From NCBI GenBank assembly GCA_963777605.1, contig CAVZRV010000025.1:1-44141 (forward strand): 44,141 bases of DNA. Reading direction: 5' to 3'. The stretch is from an uncultured Acidobacteriota bacterium. GTDB taxonomy: Bacteria > Acidobacteriota > UBA6911 > RPQK01 > JAPXNP01. This document shows, piece by piece, positions 12,098-22,675 of the stretch. Under the pieces are notes generated by a model, which ran no database searches, was not told where the DNA came from, and saw nothing but the letters and a program-made list of their open reading frames with translations. The translations under genes and the position numbers were made by a program. Within the stretch, counting starts at the first letter, position 1; the number at the start of each line of letters is the position of its first letter.

Positions 12098-12185
12098 AAA
12101 ATCCGTCGCCACTCTCAGAAAAGAGGGATCTCTTATTCGGGGCGCGTGCGCGCCCCGGGGTTGGGTGAATTTCGGGACGAGGACG
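12098..12185 (+). repeat. Diverged repeat of 16989-17075
   Basis: gggatc(t/c)...gc(g/a)cgtgcgcgcc...gggttgggtga is shared. Translations KSVATLRKEGSLIRGACAPRGWV and KPVVAFRRKGSLIRSTCAPTGWV. Confidence 0.7.
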
Positions 12186-12622
12186 CCGACTTACTTCGTA
12201 CGGCGCTCATCGAGACCAAGATTTCGCCTGACGATAACGCGGCTCCCTGAACCGTCCCGCCCACGGGTTGGCAGTCTTCCTCGCTGCTTCCCGCCGCGGT
12301 CGCATTCTTGATGAAGTCCTCCACGATCCGCCGGAGGAGACAGAGCGGTGCTGGTGACGGGCAACAGCTTTGAGCCACGTGGCCGGGCCGGTTGTGTGCC
12401 ACGCCTCGATCCACACCATATTGCCGGGGGTTCCCGTCAGTTTCATAAGGGTACTTCGTCGTTCTGCGCTGCGATCCGTGGGAAAGAACTTACCTTGACC
12501 CACTCAGTAAGCGCCGCTGTTTAAGCTACTTAGCGACCCTCGCGGCTTCCTCACCGTAATCTCACCTAACCCGTCCCCTGTCCTCCTGACTCCCTTCCGG
12601 TCCGGGCGGTACCTGTGGCGTC

Positions 12623-13485
12623 ATGAACTCCAGAGGTACTGCCAGAAAGTCGATTTGGGTTGGGTCAATGCTGCTTGTTCTCCTGGGTGGGCTGAACCGG
12701 GGCCTGTCCGCCGATGCCGAACTTGAGACAGTCCCGTTCACCATGGCCGGACACCTGATCGTCGTGCGGGTGTCCATCGGAAAGCTGACCCAGCTCAATT
12801 TCGCGATCGATACCGGGGCCTCCTTCACCGTCCTCAACCGGGACCTGGCCAAGCGGCTCGGGATTCGGGGACGGAAGACAAAGGTCTCAACCTGGGGACA
12901 GGAATGCGACGCACAGCAGACCACAACCCCGAACTTGCCCTGGGCACGGTCCGATTCTCCGAGGTCGACGTTCGCATCCTCGAACTTCCGGCATCGCAGG
13001 GAGTTCGCCTGGACGGGCTGGTTGGGCTGGACTTGCTGCGGCGGATGCCGGTGACGATCGATTTTCGCACGCAGACCATTCAGTTCGGGACGGTGCCGCC
13101 ACTTCGGCACTCGCAGAGCTTCTACCCCCGGTTCCCGTTCATCCCGTTGAACCTGACGGTGAACGGCGAGGTGCTTCGGGTCGTGGTGGATACCGGGGCG
13201 GTGGGTCTGATGCTCTACGGAAAGGCCATCCGGGATCGGTTCCAGTTTCCGAGAAACGGAAGCACCGAGACCTGGCCCTATGCCGGGGGCAGAGTCAAAA
13301 TGGACCCGGTCCTCGTCCAGGGCCTGGCGATCGGCGAGACAGCCTGTGGAGACCTGACCGCGCGAGTGATCCGAGACGGTAAGAGCGGCAACCGGCAGGT
13401 CATGGGCAACCTCGGCATCCAGTCTCTCGGCCTGGCCGCCATCCAGCTGGACCTCCAGGCCGGCCACCTCGGGTGGGAGGAATAG
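12623..13485 (+). CDS. Exported two-lobed retropepsin-like aspartyl protease; frameshift ~12905-12930
   Basis: Signal peptide, lobe 1 FAIDTGASFTVL, DGLVGLDLL, lobe 2 VVVDTGA. Joined from ORFs 12623-13054 and 12904-13485. Confidence 0.85.
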
Positions 13486-13665
13486 CCTCGGACCGCAATG
13501 AACGGTTCTCCGCCCTGAACGAACCACTGAACTGGAGTTCTACTCGGGCGAACTTGCAGGAATCCCAAAAAATGGACGATTGATGCCATTTGTTGTCACT
13601 CTTTCTCGCCTTAACTGGGTGAAGGAGAAGAGTAGAAGCAGCCTTTCTTTCAGGGCGGTTCAACC

Positions 13666-14894
13666 ATGCTCAAGCGTGAGACGTTGGTTCGAAGGGTTAT
13701 CCGTGGTGGGATGCTAGGGCTTCTGGCCTGTCTATGGCTGGCCTTCTTTTTCCCTGCGACTGTACCGGATGCCCCCTGCCGAGAGTCATCGTCATGGGCG
13801 ACATTCACGGCGACTTCGATCGATTGACATCCATGCTCCGGAAGACCGAACTCATTGACGATTCCCAGCGCTGGATTGGGCAGGATGCTGTGTTGATACA
13901 GGTGGGGGACTTTACCGATCGAGGCCCGCATGTCCGGGACGTGATGGAGCTCTTGATGCGGCTTCAGAGTGAGGCGAGTGACGCGGGAGGAGAAGTCGTC
14001 GTGCTCCTCGGTAACCACGAAATGATGAACATCGTCGGCGACTTGCGCTTTGTTACCGAAGCGATCTATCGGTCCTTCTCGGATGAGAATTCTCCACAAC
14101 GGCAGGAAGAGTCTTATCAAAAGTATCTCTTGATCGCGGACCAGATTGCCAGGCGCTCCCCGGGTGGGGATGAGCGACCCGATGAACCGGGGCGAACCGA
14201 GTGGTTTGAGAGCCACCCTCTGGGGTATGTCGAATACCGGGAAGAGATGGGGCCGAAGGGCAAGTACGGGAAGTGGTTGCGCAACCTGCCGGCCGTCGTT
14301 CGTCGTGGAGACATGATCTTCGTGCACGGCGGCATAGCGCCTTCCCTCTCGGAACTGTCGATTTCCGAGATCAACTCGCGCATCGATAACGAGCGCCGCC
14401 AGTTCGACAAATGGGTCAAAGCTCTGGAGGAATCCCGAGTGGTCGCTTCTTTTTTCTCCCTGGAGGAAATGCTGGAGAACGCCAAGGCGCTATACAACGG
14501 CCTCATCGTTGGTGCCAGAGGTCAGGATGGTGTCGATTCGTTTCCAATCAGGCGGCCCAGCCCCAGGGAACTGGACACGGCCCGCGTGATCAGGGAATTG
14601 TTTGGGATTCGAAAATGGCTGAGCATGCGTGCCGATGGCCCGCTTTGGTTTCGGGGGTATGGGTTGTGGCCAGAGAACAAGGGGCGTCCGGCCATCGCAA
14701 TGCTGCTACGGAGCTATGAAACGAAGCATTTTGTGGTCGGCCACACCATGAAAGTGGGAGATCGGATCGCCAGCCGATTTAGTGGAGGCGTCCTGCTCGT
14801 CGATACCCTCAGGACATCGGCAATGGAGATCCATGACGGCGTTTTCACAGCGATTTATGCAGATCAACGGGAACTGCTCGGCCCTATCGAGTAG
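13666..14894 (+). CDS. Calcineurin-like metallophosphoesterase (Shewanella-like phosphatase type), probably exported; frameshift ~13775
   Basis: GDIHGD, GDFTDRG, GNHE, HGG, GPLWFRGY, VVGHT. An upstream out-of-frame ATG 13666 gives the signal-like MLKRETLVRRVIRGGMLGLLACLWLAFFFPA. Confidence 0.85.
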
Positions 14895-15347
14895 TCTGAT
14901 CGAGTTGGCCTTCTTCCAGCCCATCCATAGTTACTTGAACGAATGGCGGCCTGCAGGCGAGATCGGCCGCGAAGTCCGCCGGCGAATTTCCTTTCTGAAC
15001 GAGATTCTCCCAGAACAACCTGGTCCTCGGTGAAGCGGGGGCTATCGAAATCAGGAATTTTGAAAATCGTGAGGTGGATCTAATTCCGATAGAGGCCAAA
15101 TCTCCGTCTCCCCCACTTTCTCATTCATTCCGATAACGTCCTCCCGGGACCAGGTGGTACAGGCGGAAATTGCAGTCCCGAATCGGGGTCGCCTTGCTCC
15201 TCCTCGAATGCCCGCGGGAAATCAGCAGTCCAAGTTTTACGCGAGGAACGATCAATTTGACAGCTCTTGCCCCATTTTTAGCGCCTCACTGAGTGAAGGG
15301 CACGAAGATGGCGGACCAAGAAGGGATTTCACTAACTGAGAGAGGAC

Positions 15348-16715
15348 TTGGCAAACGTTTGGATCAAACGATCGTCGATCCGCACTCAATCTGTTTGGCA
15401 ACGTGCGGAAGGGGGAAGCAACACTGGTGCTCCTGATGTTCTTGAACATCTTCGTTCTCCTGTTCACCTGGTATCTCCTCAAAACGGCTCGCGAACCACT
15501 GATTCTCCTGACGGGAGGAGCCGAACTCGCGGCTTACGCGGCAGCCGCACAGGCTATTGTCTTGATCGGGTTTGTCCGTCTCTACGGATGGCTTTCATCG
15601 AGACTTCCGCGGGAAAAGCTGATCGTCGTTGTGATCCTTTTCTTTGTGGTCTGTTTGGAGTTGTTCTACGTGGGTGGGAAGATGGGGATTCCGTATCTGG
15701 GGTTTATCTTCTATGTCTGGGCCGGAATTTTTACGCTGGCCACGATCGCCCAGTTCTGGTCCTATGCCAATGATCTCTATCGGCGAACAGACGGAGAGCG
15801 GCTGTTCCCTGTAATCGCAGTTGGGGCGACAGCAGGAGCGCCGATCGGAGCCAAGACCGCGCAATGGATGTTCAATGCGGGGATCACCGGCTTCGAGATC
15901 ATGCAGGTCGCGGCGATATTGCTCGGGTTGCACCTGGTGCTCTACGTAGTCATTGCTCGGAAGTCCCGGAGATCTGGTGAAACACTTGATCAAGGCCATG
16001 CGATTGAAGTCCTGAGTAAGACTAACGGTTTTCAACTCATCTTTCAGAATTCCTACCTGCGTCTGATCGCACTGCTGATCCTGCTTCTGAATATCGTGAA
16101 CACGACGGGGGAATACATCCTCAGGGATTCGGTGATGGCGGCTGCTCGGCTCCAAGCCGCCTTGGGCACGGGTATGAGCGCCGAAGCCTTCGTCGGCAGC
16201 TTCTACGGGGGATCTTCTTCTGGGTCAACATCATCACGATTTTGATCCAGGCATTCTTGGTGTCACGGATTGTCAAATACCTGGGAATTCTCGGCGGACT
16301 GCTCGTTCTTCCCCTGATCTCGCTTGGCACTACGGCCTAGTGGCGGGTGGAGTCAGCTTTGTCCTGTTTCGCTGGGCCAAGACAGCTGAAAACTGGACCG
16401 ACTACTCTGTAATGAACACCGTCAAACAGATGCTGTGGCTTCCAACCACACGCACTGAGAAGTACAATGCCAAGCAGGCAATCGACACATTTTTCGTGCG
16501 GGGCGGCGACCTGCTCTCATCGGCGGTCGTATTCCTGGGCATCCATGTTCTCTCCCTCGAACGCTCCGGTTTCGGACTGGTGAACTTTGGGCTCACATTT
16601 GCCTGGATAGGGGTAGGTCCTGCTCCTCCATCGACGCTACCAAAACTTCACATCTTCGCCGACAGAAACGAGAGGTATCTTCTCCCAGGGAGCCGCCAAA
16701 CCCACCGTGGCCTAA
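15348..16715 (+). CDS. Npt/TLC-family ATP/ADP translocase-like MFS transporter; several frameshifts
   Basis: VRKGEATLVLLMFLNIF..WYLLKTAREPL, AQFWSYANDLY..GERLFPVI, DYSVMNTVKQMLWLPT..EKYNAKQAIDTFFVRGGD. Pieces lie in different frames; the inferred stop is TAA 16713-16715. Confidence 0.8.
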
Positions 16716-16988
16716 GGGACCGCGCGAAGGAGACTTCGGGCCCAAACCTCAAGTGGTCACTTCCCGTTTGTCAGGGAAGGGAACTCTATGAAAGAGGCCG
16801 TGGGAAGCTTCGTTGACCTCACCGGAAAGCCAGGTCCCTTTGGAAATCCATCACTTGGCAGGCCCGGTCAACGCCAGGACTATCGGAACGGTCGTGCACA
16901 TTTGCGCACAGGACCGCGGCAAAGCCAAAATGTTTTGCCGGTCGGGCAGTCTCTTGTCCCAAGGAGTACCCTCCTCGAAGTTCTCGCT

Positions 16989-17165
16989 GAAACCTGTCGT
17001 CGCTTTCAGAAGAAAGGGATCCTTAATCCGGAGCACGTGCGCGCCGACGGGTTGGGTGATTCGTGGCACTCCGATCCTGGCTTACCTGAATGTGGCGCCG
17101 TTCCTCCAGGGTCTGGCCGCCATAAAGATCGACCTCCAAGCCGGCCGACTCGGCTGGGAGGACTC
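16989..17165 (+). pseudogene. Deletion remnant of a second aspartyl protease locus
   Basis: The 5' part matches 12098-12185. The 3' part encodes GLAAIKIDLQAGRLGWED, versus GLAAIQLDLQAGHLGWEE at the end of the 12623-13485 protease. Confidence 0.7.
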
Positions 17166-17250
17166 GGCGTCCGGGTTCCGAGTACCCACTGGAACCATGC
17201 AACGAGTCGTGCCGAAGGCTCAGAACCAGCAGGGGGAGTTTTCAAAATTG

Positions 17251-17280
17251 TTGTCTCCTGGAGTGATCCGGCGTTAACAT
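17251..17280 (+). promoter_or_regulatory. sigma70-like promoter shared by the wHTH-led genes
   Basis: TTGTCT-N18-TAACAT; same layout at 19534-19562 and 42843-42872. Confidence 0.5.
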
Positions 17281-17314
17281 TCGGGGTAACGGGGCGCAGA
17301 AGGGTTCAGGAGCC

Positions 17315-19477
17315 ATGGAGCCGCAAGGCCACTTCCAGGTGGGGGAATGGCAGGTTCGTCCCCCGCTCAATGAGATCCAAAATGGGGAAGAGGTTCGCCA
17401 CCTCGAACCCCGAGTGATGGACGTCCTGGCCTATTTCGCCTCCCATGCCGGTGGAGTTCATCACCAAGGAACGGTTGATCCAGGCCGTCTGGCCGGATAC
17501 CTTTGTCACCGACGATGCCCTCAAGTACGCCATCGTCTCCCTCCGCAGAATCCATGCCGATGACGCATCTGAACCCCGATATATCCGCACCATCCCCCGT
17601 CGAGGCTATCAACTGGTGGCAGACGTCGAGTTGCCCGAGGGACCTGGTCACCACACCGGATGGCGGCCAGGTAACTGGATGTGGGCCTTGGCTGCCGTAC
17701 TGATGCTGACCCTTGTCTCGACGTACTGGGCAGTGCGCGAGGGTCCTCAGGCGCCTTCGCAGGTTGGTCTTGACCTGTCGGCTGCACCCCGGCCCCTCAC
17801 CTCTCTTCCGGGGATTGAGAAAGACCCAGCGATTTCACCAGACGGAAGCCAGGTGGCCTTCGCCTGGAACGGCGGCGAAGATAAACGATTCCACATCTAC
17901 ACGACATTGGTCGGTGGAGGAACTCGCTTTGCCGTCACCCGAGCTGCGGCTGACAACACGAGGCCGGTCTGGTCACCCACCCAAGACCGAATCGCGTTCC
18001 TCCGGTCCGTGGATCGTCGACTGGAAGTGTGGTGGGTCTCCTTCCCAAACGGCGAGGAGAAACTTGTCTACGTCGAGCGCCAGACCGGGGAATCGCCCTG
18101 GGCGGGAATCGACTGGTCTCCTGACGGCCGCTTCCTGGCGTTCGAGGATCTCGTTGGCGGCACTGGTAGCCGGGCAATATTCGTATTGGACGTAAGGGTG
18201 GCGGGACAACCCAGTTGACCTTTCCTCCGTTCGAGGCTGCACGAGGCGACTGCAAGCCAGTGTTTTCACCGGACGGAAGCGGAATCGCGTTCCTGCGGGG
18301 GTGGGTCGGAGGGGTCTTCCAAATCCACATTCTAGGAATCAGGGATGGAAAACCTGACGGGGAATCGCATCCGTTGATCGCGGACTCTGCCCGAAGAATC
18401 ATTTATGACCTGCGGTGGTCACCCCATGGAACGGAGCTGCTCTACACGACTCCTGGTGAACCCGCTCTTTGGAGAGTTTCCTTTCCTGGAGGGAAGCCGA
18501 GACCTGCGCCCCCCGCCCAGAATGCCCGTTCCATGGCTCTGGATCGGTTTGGCAGGACTCTCGTTTACGCAGCGATTGGCGGTGATGCCGACATCTGGCG
18601 CATGCCTGGCCCTGAAGCGGCCGTGACCTCGGGCCGGGTGCCGCTTATTCGATCAACTCGGGACGAGGGTCAGCCGCGGTACTCGCCGGATGGTCAGCAC
18701 GTTGCTTTCATGTCAAACCGGAGCGGTAAACCGAACATCTGGGTCGCCGATGCCGACGGCGCCAATCCGCGGCAGTTAACCGATCACAAGTGGGCGATCA
18801 TGCCCCAATGGTCTCCCGATGGGGAGTCGATCGCTTACGGCAGCTTTGAACCAGACGAGGGATATTCCGAGATCTACACGATCGGACTTCAGGATGCGCA
18901 ACCAACTCAGTTGACTCACGATAGAAGGGACAAGGGAATACCGATCTGGTCGCCGGATGGGAATTGGATCTTCTTCAACCGCCGTCCGGACACCAATGAT
19001 GACGGCGATGCCGGATGGCAGATCTGGAAGGTTCCTCCGAAGGGGGGAGAATCGCAGGTTGTCAATCCCAGTGGTCAAGTTCCACTCGGGGTGGACGATC
19101 GATTCGTTTACTTTCACCGGGGGCCGGGTGCGTTCGACCGGGGACAGATCTGGGGAACGAGGTATGACGGAGGCGAGGAGAGCCTGGTTCTGGATGAGAA
19201 TGTGTACTGCTGGGAGTGGTGCACGTGGCGGGATCGTCTCATCTACGTCGATCGTTTTCGACCCGAAGGACCAAGCATCCGGGCCCTCCGACTTGATACT
19301 AGGGATTCCGAAACGCTTGCCCTTCTCGACCCCGAGTCGTTCCCGGGCCTGCTCTCGATGCAGGGCGACGAGTTCTTGTGGGGCGGGTTGACTGCCTCTC
19401 CAGACGGGAAGTGGATACTCTATGGGAAGCACACGTTTTCTGAGGCGGACTTGATGGTAATAGAAGCGGCCCGGTAG
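17315..19477 (+). CDS. wHTH (CadC-like) - TM - PD40 propeller receptor; frameshifts ~17450 and ~18210
   Basis: MEPQGHFQVGEWQVRP..LEPRVMDVL, IRTIPRRGYQL, TM WMWALAAVLMLTLVSTYWAV. The propeller closely resembles that of receptor A. Confidence 0.85.
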
Positions 19478-19533
19478 TCGAGAGGGGAAGACGAGCGCCG
19501 AGATTGTCCTCCATCCAGGACTTCACAAACCCG

Positions 19534-19562
19534 TTGCCTCCTCCCCAGCCCAGCGTTACCAT
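19534..19562 (+). promoter_or_regulatory. sigma70-like promoter
   Basis: TTGCCT-N17-TACCAT, then GAGGAG RBS and ATG 19596. Confidence 0.5.
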
Positions 19563-19595
19563 TCAAGGTAACCCGTTATCAGAGGAGAGCACCTC

Positions 19596-22500
19596 ATGGA
19601 GCCGGAAAGCCGCTTCCAGGTGGGGGAATGGCAGGTTCGTCCCTCGCTCAATGAGATCCAGAACGGCGGTGACGTGCGTCATCTTGAACCTAAGGTGATG
19701 GATGTCCTCTGCTACATGGCTGGGCGTGCGGGGGAGGTCCTCACCAAGGAACGCCTGATTCAAGGGGTCTGGCCAGATGACTTTCGTCACCGATGATGCC
19801 CTGAAGTACGCCATCGTGTCCCTGCGCAAGGTACTTGATGACGATGCGGCGGATCCCCGGTTTATCCGGACGCATACCGAGACGGGGTTACCAACTGGTG
19901 GCCGAAGTCGAGTTCCCGGAGGAACCGGCGCCGGAACCTGGACGCTACCGACTCGATCGGAAGCTGGGAGAAGGGAGAATGGGCGAGGTCTGGCTGGCCC
20001 AGGATACCGAACTGGGCCGCCTCGTAGCGCTCAAGTTTCTCCGCCCGGAGAGTGAGGAGGACAAGACCCTACGTCGTCGCCTGAGACGGGAGGCGCGGGC
20101 AGCTGCCGCCCTGGATCACCCCTATATCTGCAAGGTCTACGAGACCGGTACTCTCGACGGGCGCAGCTTCATCGCGATGGAGTACCTGGAGGGAGAGAAG
20201 CTGAGCGACAGGCTGAAACAGGGCCCGCTGCCAATGAACCTAGCCCTCCGCATTGCTCAAGAGTTGGCGGAGGGACTTCAAGAAGCTCACCGTCATGGCA
20301 TCGTCCACCGGGACATCAAGCCGTCAAATGTGATCCTGACCGAGCAGGGACACGTCAAGATCACCGACTTCGGGATCGCCAAGCGGTTCCGGAAAGCAGA
20401 AGGCGACGGAGGAGACTGGACCGTGACCAAGGCGGAGCAGGAGAGCCCGGGCACGCCCGACTACATGAGCCCGGAGCAGATCCGGGGGGACCCGGTCGAT
20501 CAACGCAGCGACCTGTTCCAGTTCGGGATGGTGCTGTTTGAGATGCTGACAGGCGTCCACCCGTTCCGACGAGAAACCAAGGCAGAAACCACAGCAGCAA
20601 TTCTCAATGAGCAGCCCCTACCGATCGACAAGTTGCGGAGAGACATTTCGGAATTACTCCAGCATCTCGTGGAAAAGCTGCTCGCCAAAGACCCGGATGG
20701 CCGCTATCGCTCTGCGGCGGAGGTCCGGACAGACTTGGTCGCCATTATTGAAAGAAGTAATTCCGGGGCTTCACCCAGGGCGATCCTGAGGCTCTCTCGT
20801 TTGTGGGCGCCCCTGGCCGGCGCTGCCTTGATCACGTTGCTCGCCGTCTCCTCGTGGGAGTTCCTCCACGAGGATGGGACACACCGGACTGTGGGCCAGG
20901 TGTTCAGGAGCCAGGTTGAGCTGCCAAAGGACACGGAGATGGGATGGGTTTGGAGTAAGTTCGGGGTTGTGGTGTCGCCCATCCGACGAGAGATTGTGCT
21001 TTCGCCCGATGGGAGTACCCTCGTATTCAGTGCAGTCGATACCCGTGAACCCCATGAGACTCGCCTTTACCGAAGACCTCTTGACGGCGATCATGCTGAG
21101 CCGATCCCTGGCACCAAAGGAGGTAGCCAGCCGTTCTTTTCGCCAGACGGTGGCTGGATCGGCTTCTGGTTGGGCGGGAAACTGAAGAAAGTCTCCACGG
21201 CAGGAGGAATGCCCATCGAATTGGGCGGGGTGCCGTTTCGAGAGGAAGGAACTGACTATCCTCCGGCCGGCGCTTTTTGGGCGGAGGACGGCAGGATTTT
21301 TCTAGGCGGCACGTACTGTGGTCTCCTTTCGATCTCGGAAGAAGGCGGCAAGGTCACTCCGATAACGGAAGTGGAACGGAATCGGGAGGTCCACCACGTC
21401 CTGCCGTGGGTCCTGCCGAACGGTGACGATGTCCTGTTCACTTCGATGCCCCACCCCTGGGGAGCCGGAGCGCGGCTTGAGGTCATTACGCTCTCCAGTG
21501 GAAGGCGCAAGGTCCTCCTTGAAGACGCTGCCGACGCCCGCTACGTGCCGACGGGGCACCTGCTGCTCTTGCGCCGGGGAGTGCTGATGGCCGCGCCATT
21601 CGACGTGAATCGCCTGGAAGTGGTCGGCTCCGCTGTCCCGGTGCAAGACCAGGTCCAGCAGGCTTTGAATCGAGGCCACGACTCCTGGAATTCAGCGTCG
21701 GGTCAATTCTGGGTGTCCAGCACAGGAGTCCTGGTCTTCGAGTCGGGAGGGATCTTCAAGGATCGCCCCAATGAACTGGTCTGGATCGACCGGCAAGGGC
21801 AGGTTGACGTTGTTGAAGGGTTCGATAAGCCGCTTCTCGGCCAGTTGGATCTTTCTCCCGACGGGCGTTTTGTCGCCTTTGTCGAACGGGCAGTCAGCGG
21901 AGCACTGTGGGTCTTCGACATGGAACGGGCGACCCACACTTGCCTACTTTCTGAAGGGATAGGCGGGTACCCGGTCTGGAGCCCGGATGGCAAGTCTGTG
22001 GCCCTGTCCTGGTCCGACGGAGGACCGCAGAACATCTGGCTCGTATCGGTCGAGCGGAAGGGTGAGCGAACAAGACTCACCGAGAGCGAAAACCTCCAGA
22101 TTCCCTCTTCGTGGACTCCGGATGGCAAGTACCTGGCTGTGTGGGAACCGGCAGACATCCTGGTGTACAGCGTCGATACCGGGAAATTGGAGCCCTTCAT
22201 TGCGACCGATGCCTACGAAGCGTTCCCTGAGTTTTCTCCGGACGGACGTTGGCTAGCCTACGTCTCTGACGAAACCAAGAGGCAGGAAGTCTACGTCACG
22301 GCGTTCCCCGACCGGGCCCAGACGCTGATGATCTCGAACCAGGGAGGCACGAGCCCAATTTGGTCCCCCTCTGGCACCGAGTTGTTCTACGCAGGCCCGA
22401 AGAACTTCATGAGTGTGGAGATTCACCCCAGTGAGAGAATCACGGCGGGTTTACCCCGGCCTCTTTTTGACAGTTCCCTGGGTCCTTCGGTTTGGGAGGC

Positions 22501-22675
22501 TGTGTCAGCGTACAGCATTGACAGGCAAGGCACGCGGTTTCTTTACGGACGGGAGAAGGCCCCAGATCCCCAAGCGGCCGAGGCTGAGACTCCGCCCTAC
22601 GCTCGCCTCAATCTGGTGATCAGCTGGTTCGCTGAATTGAACCGTCTTTGTCCCACGGAGCCGCCCGATGATTGA
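19596..22675 (+). CDS. Receptor C: wHTH - Ser/Thr kinase - TM - PD40 propeller; frameshifts ~19780 and ~19875
   Basis: The wHTH end IPRRGYQLVAEV is in frame with kinase GEGRMGEVW/HRDIKPSN/DFG/GTPDYMSPEQ. TM LWAPLAGAALITLLAVSSW; propeller ends LVISWFAEL. Confidence 0.85.
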
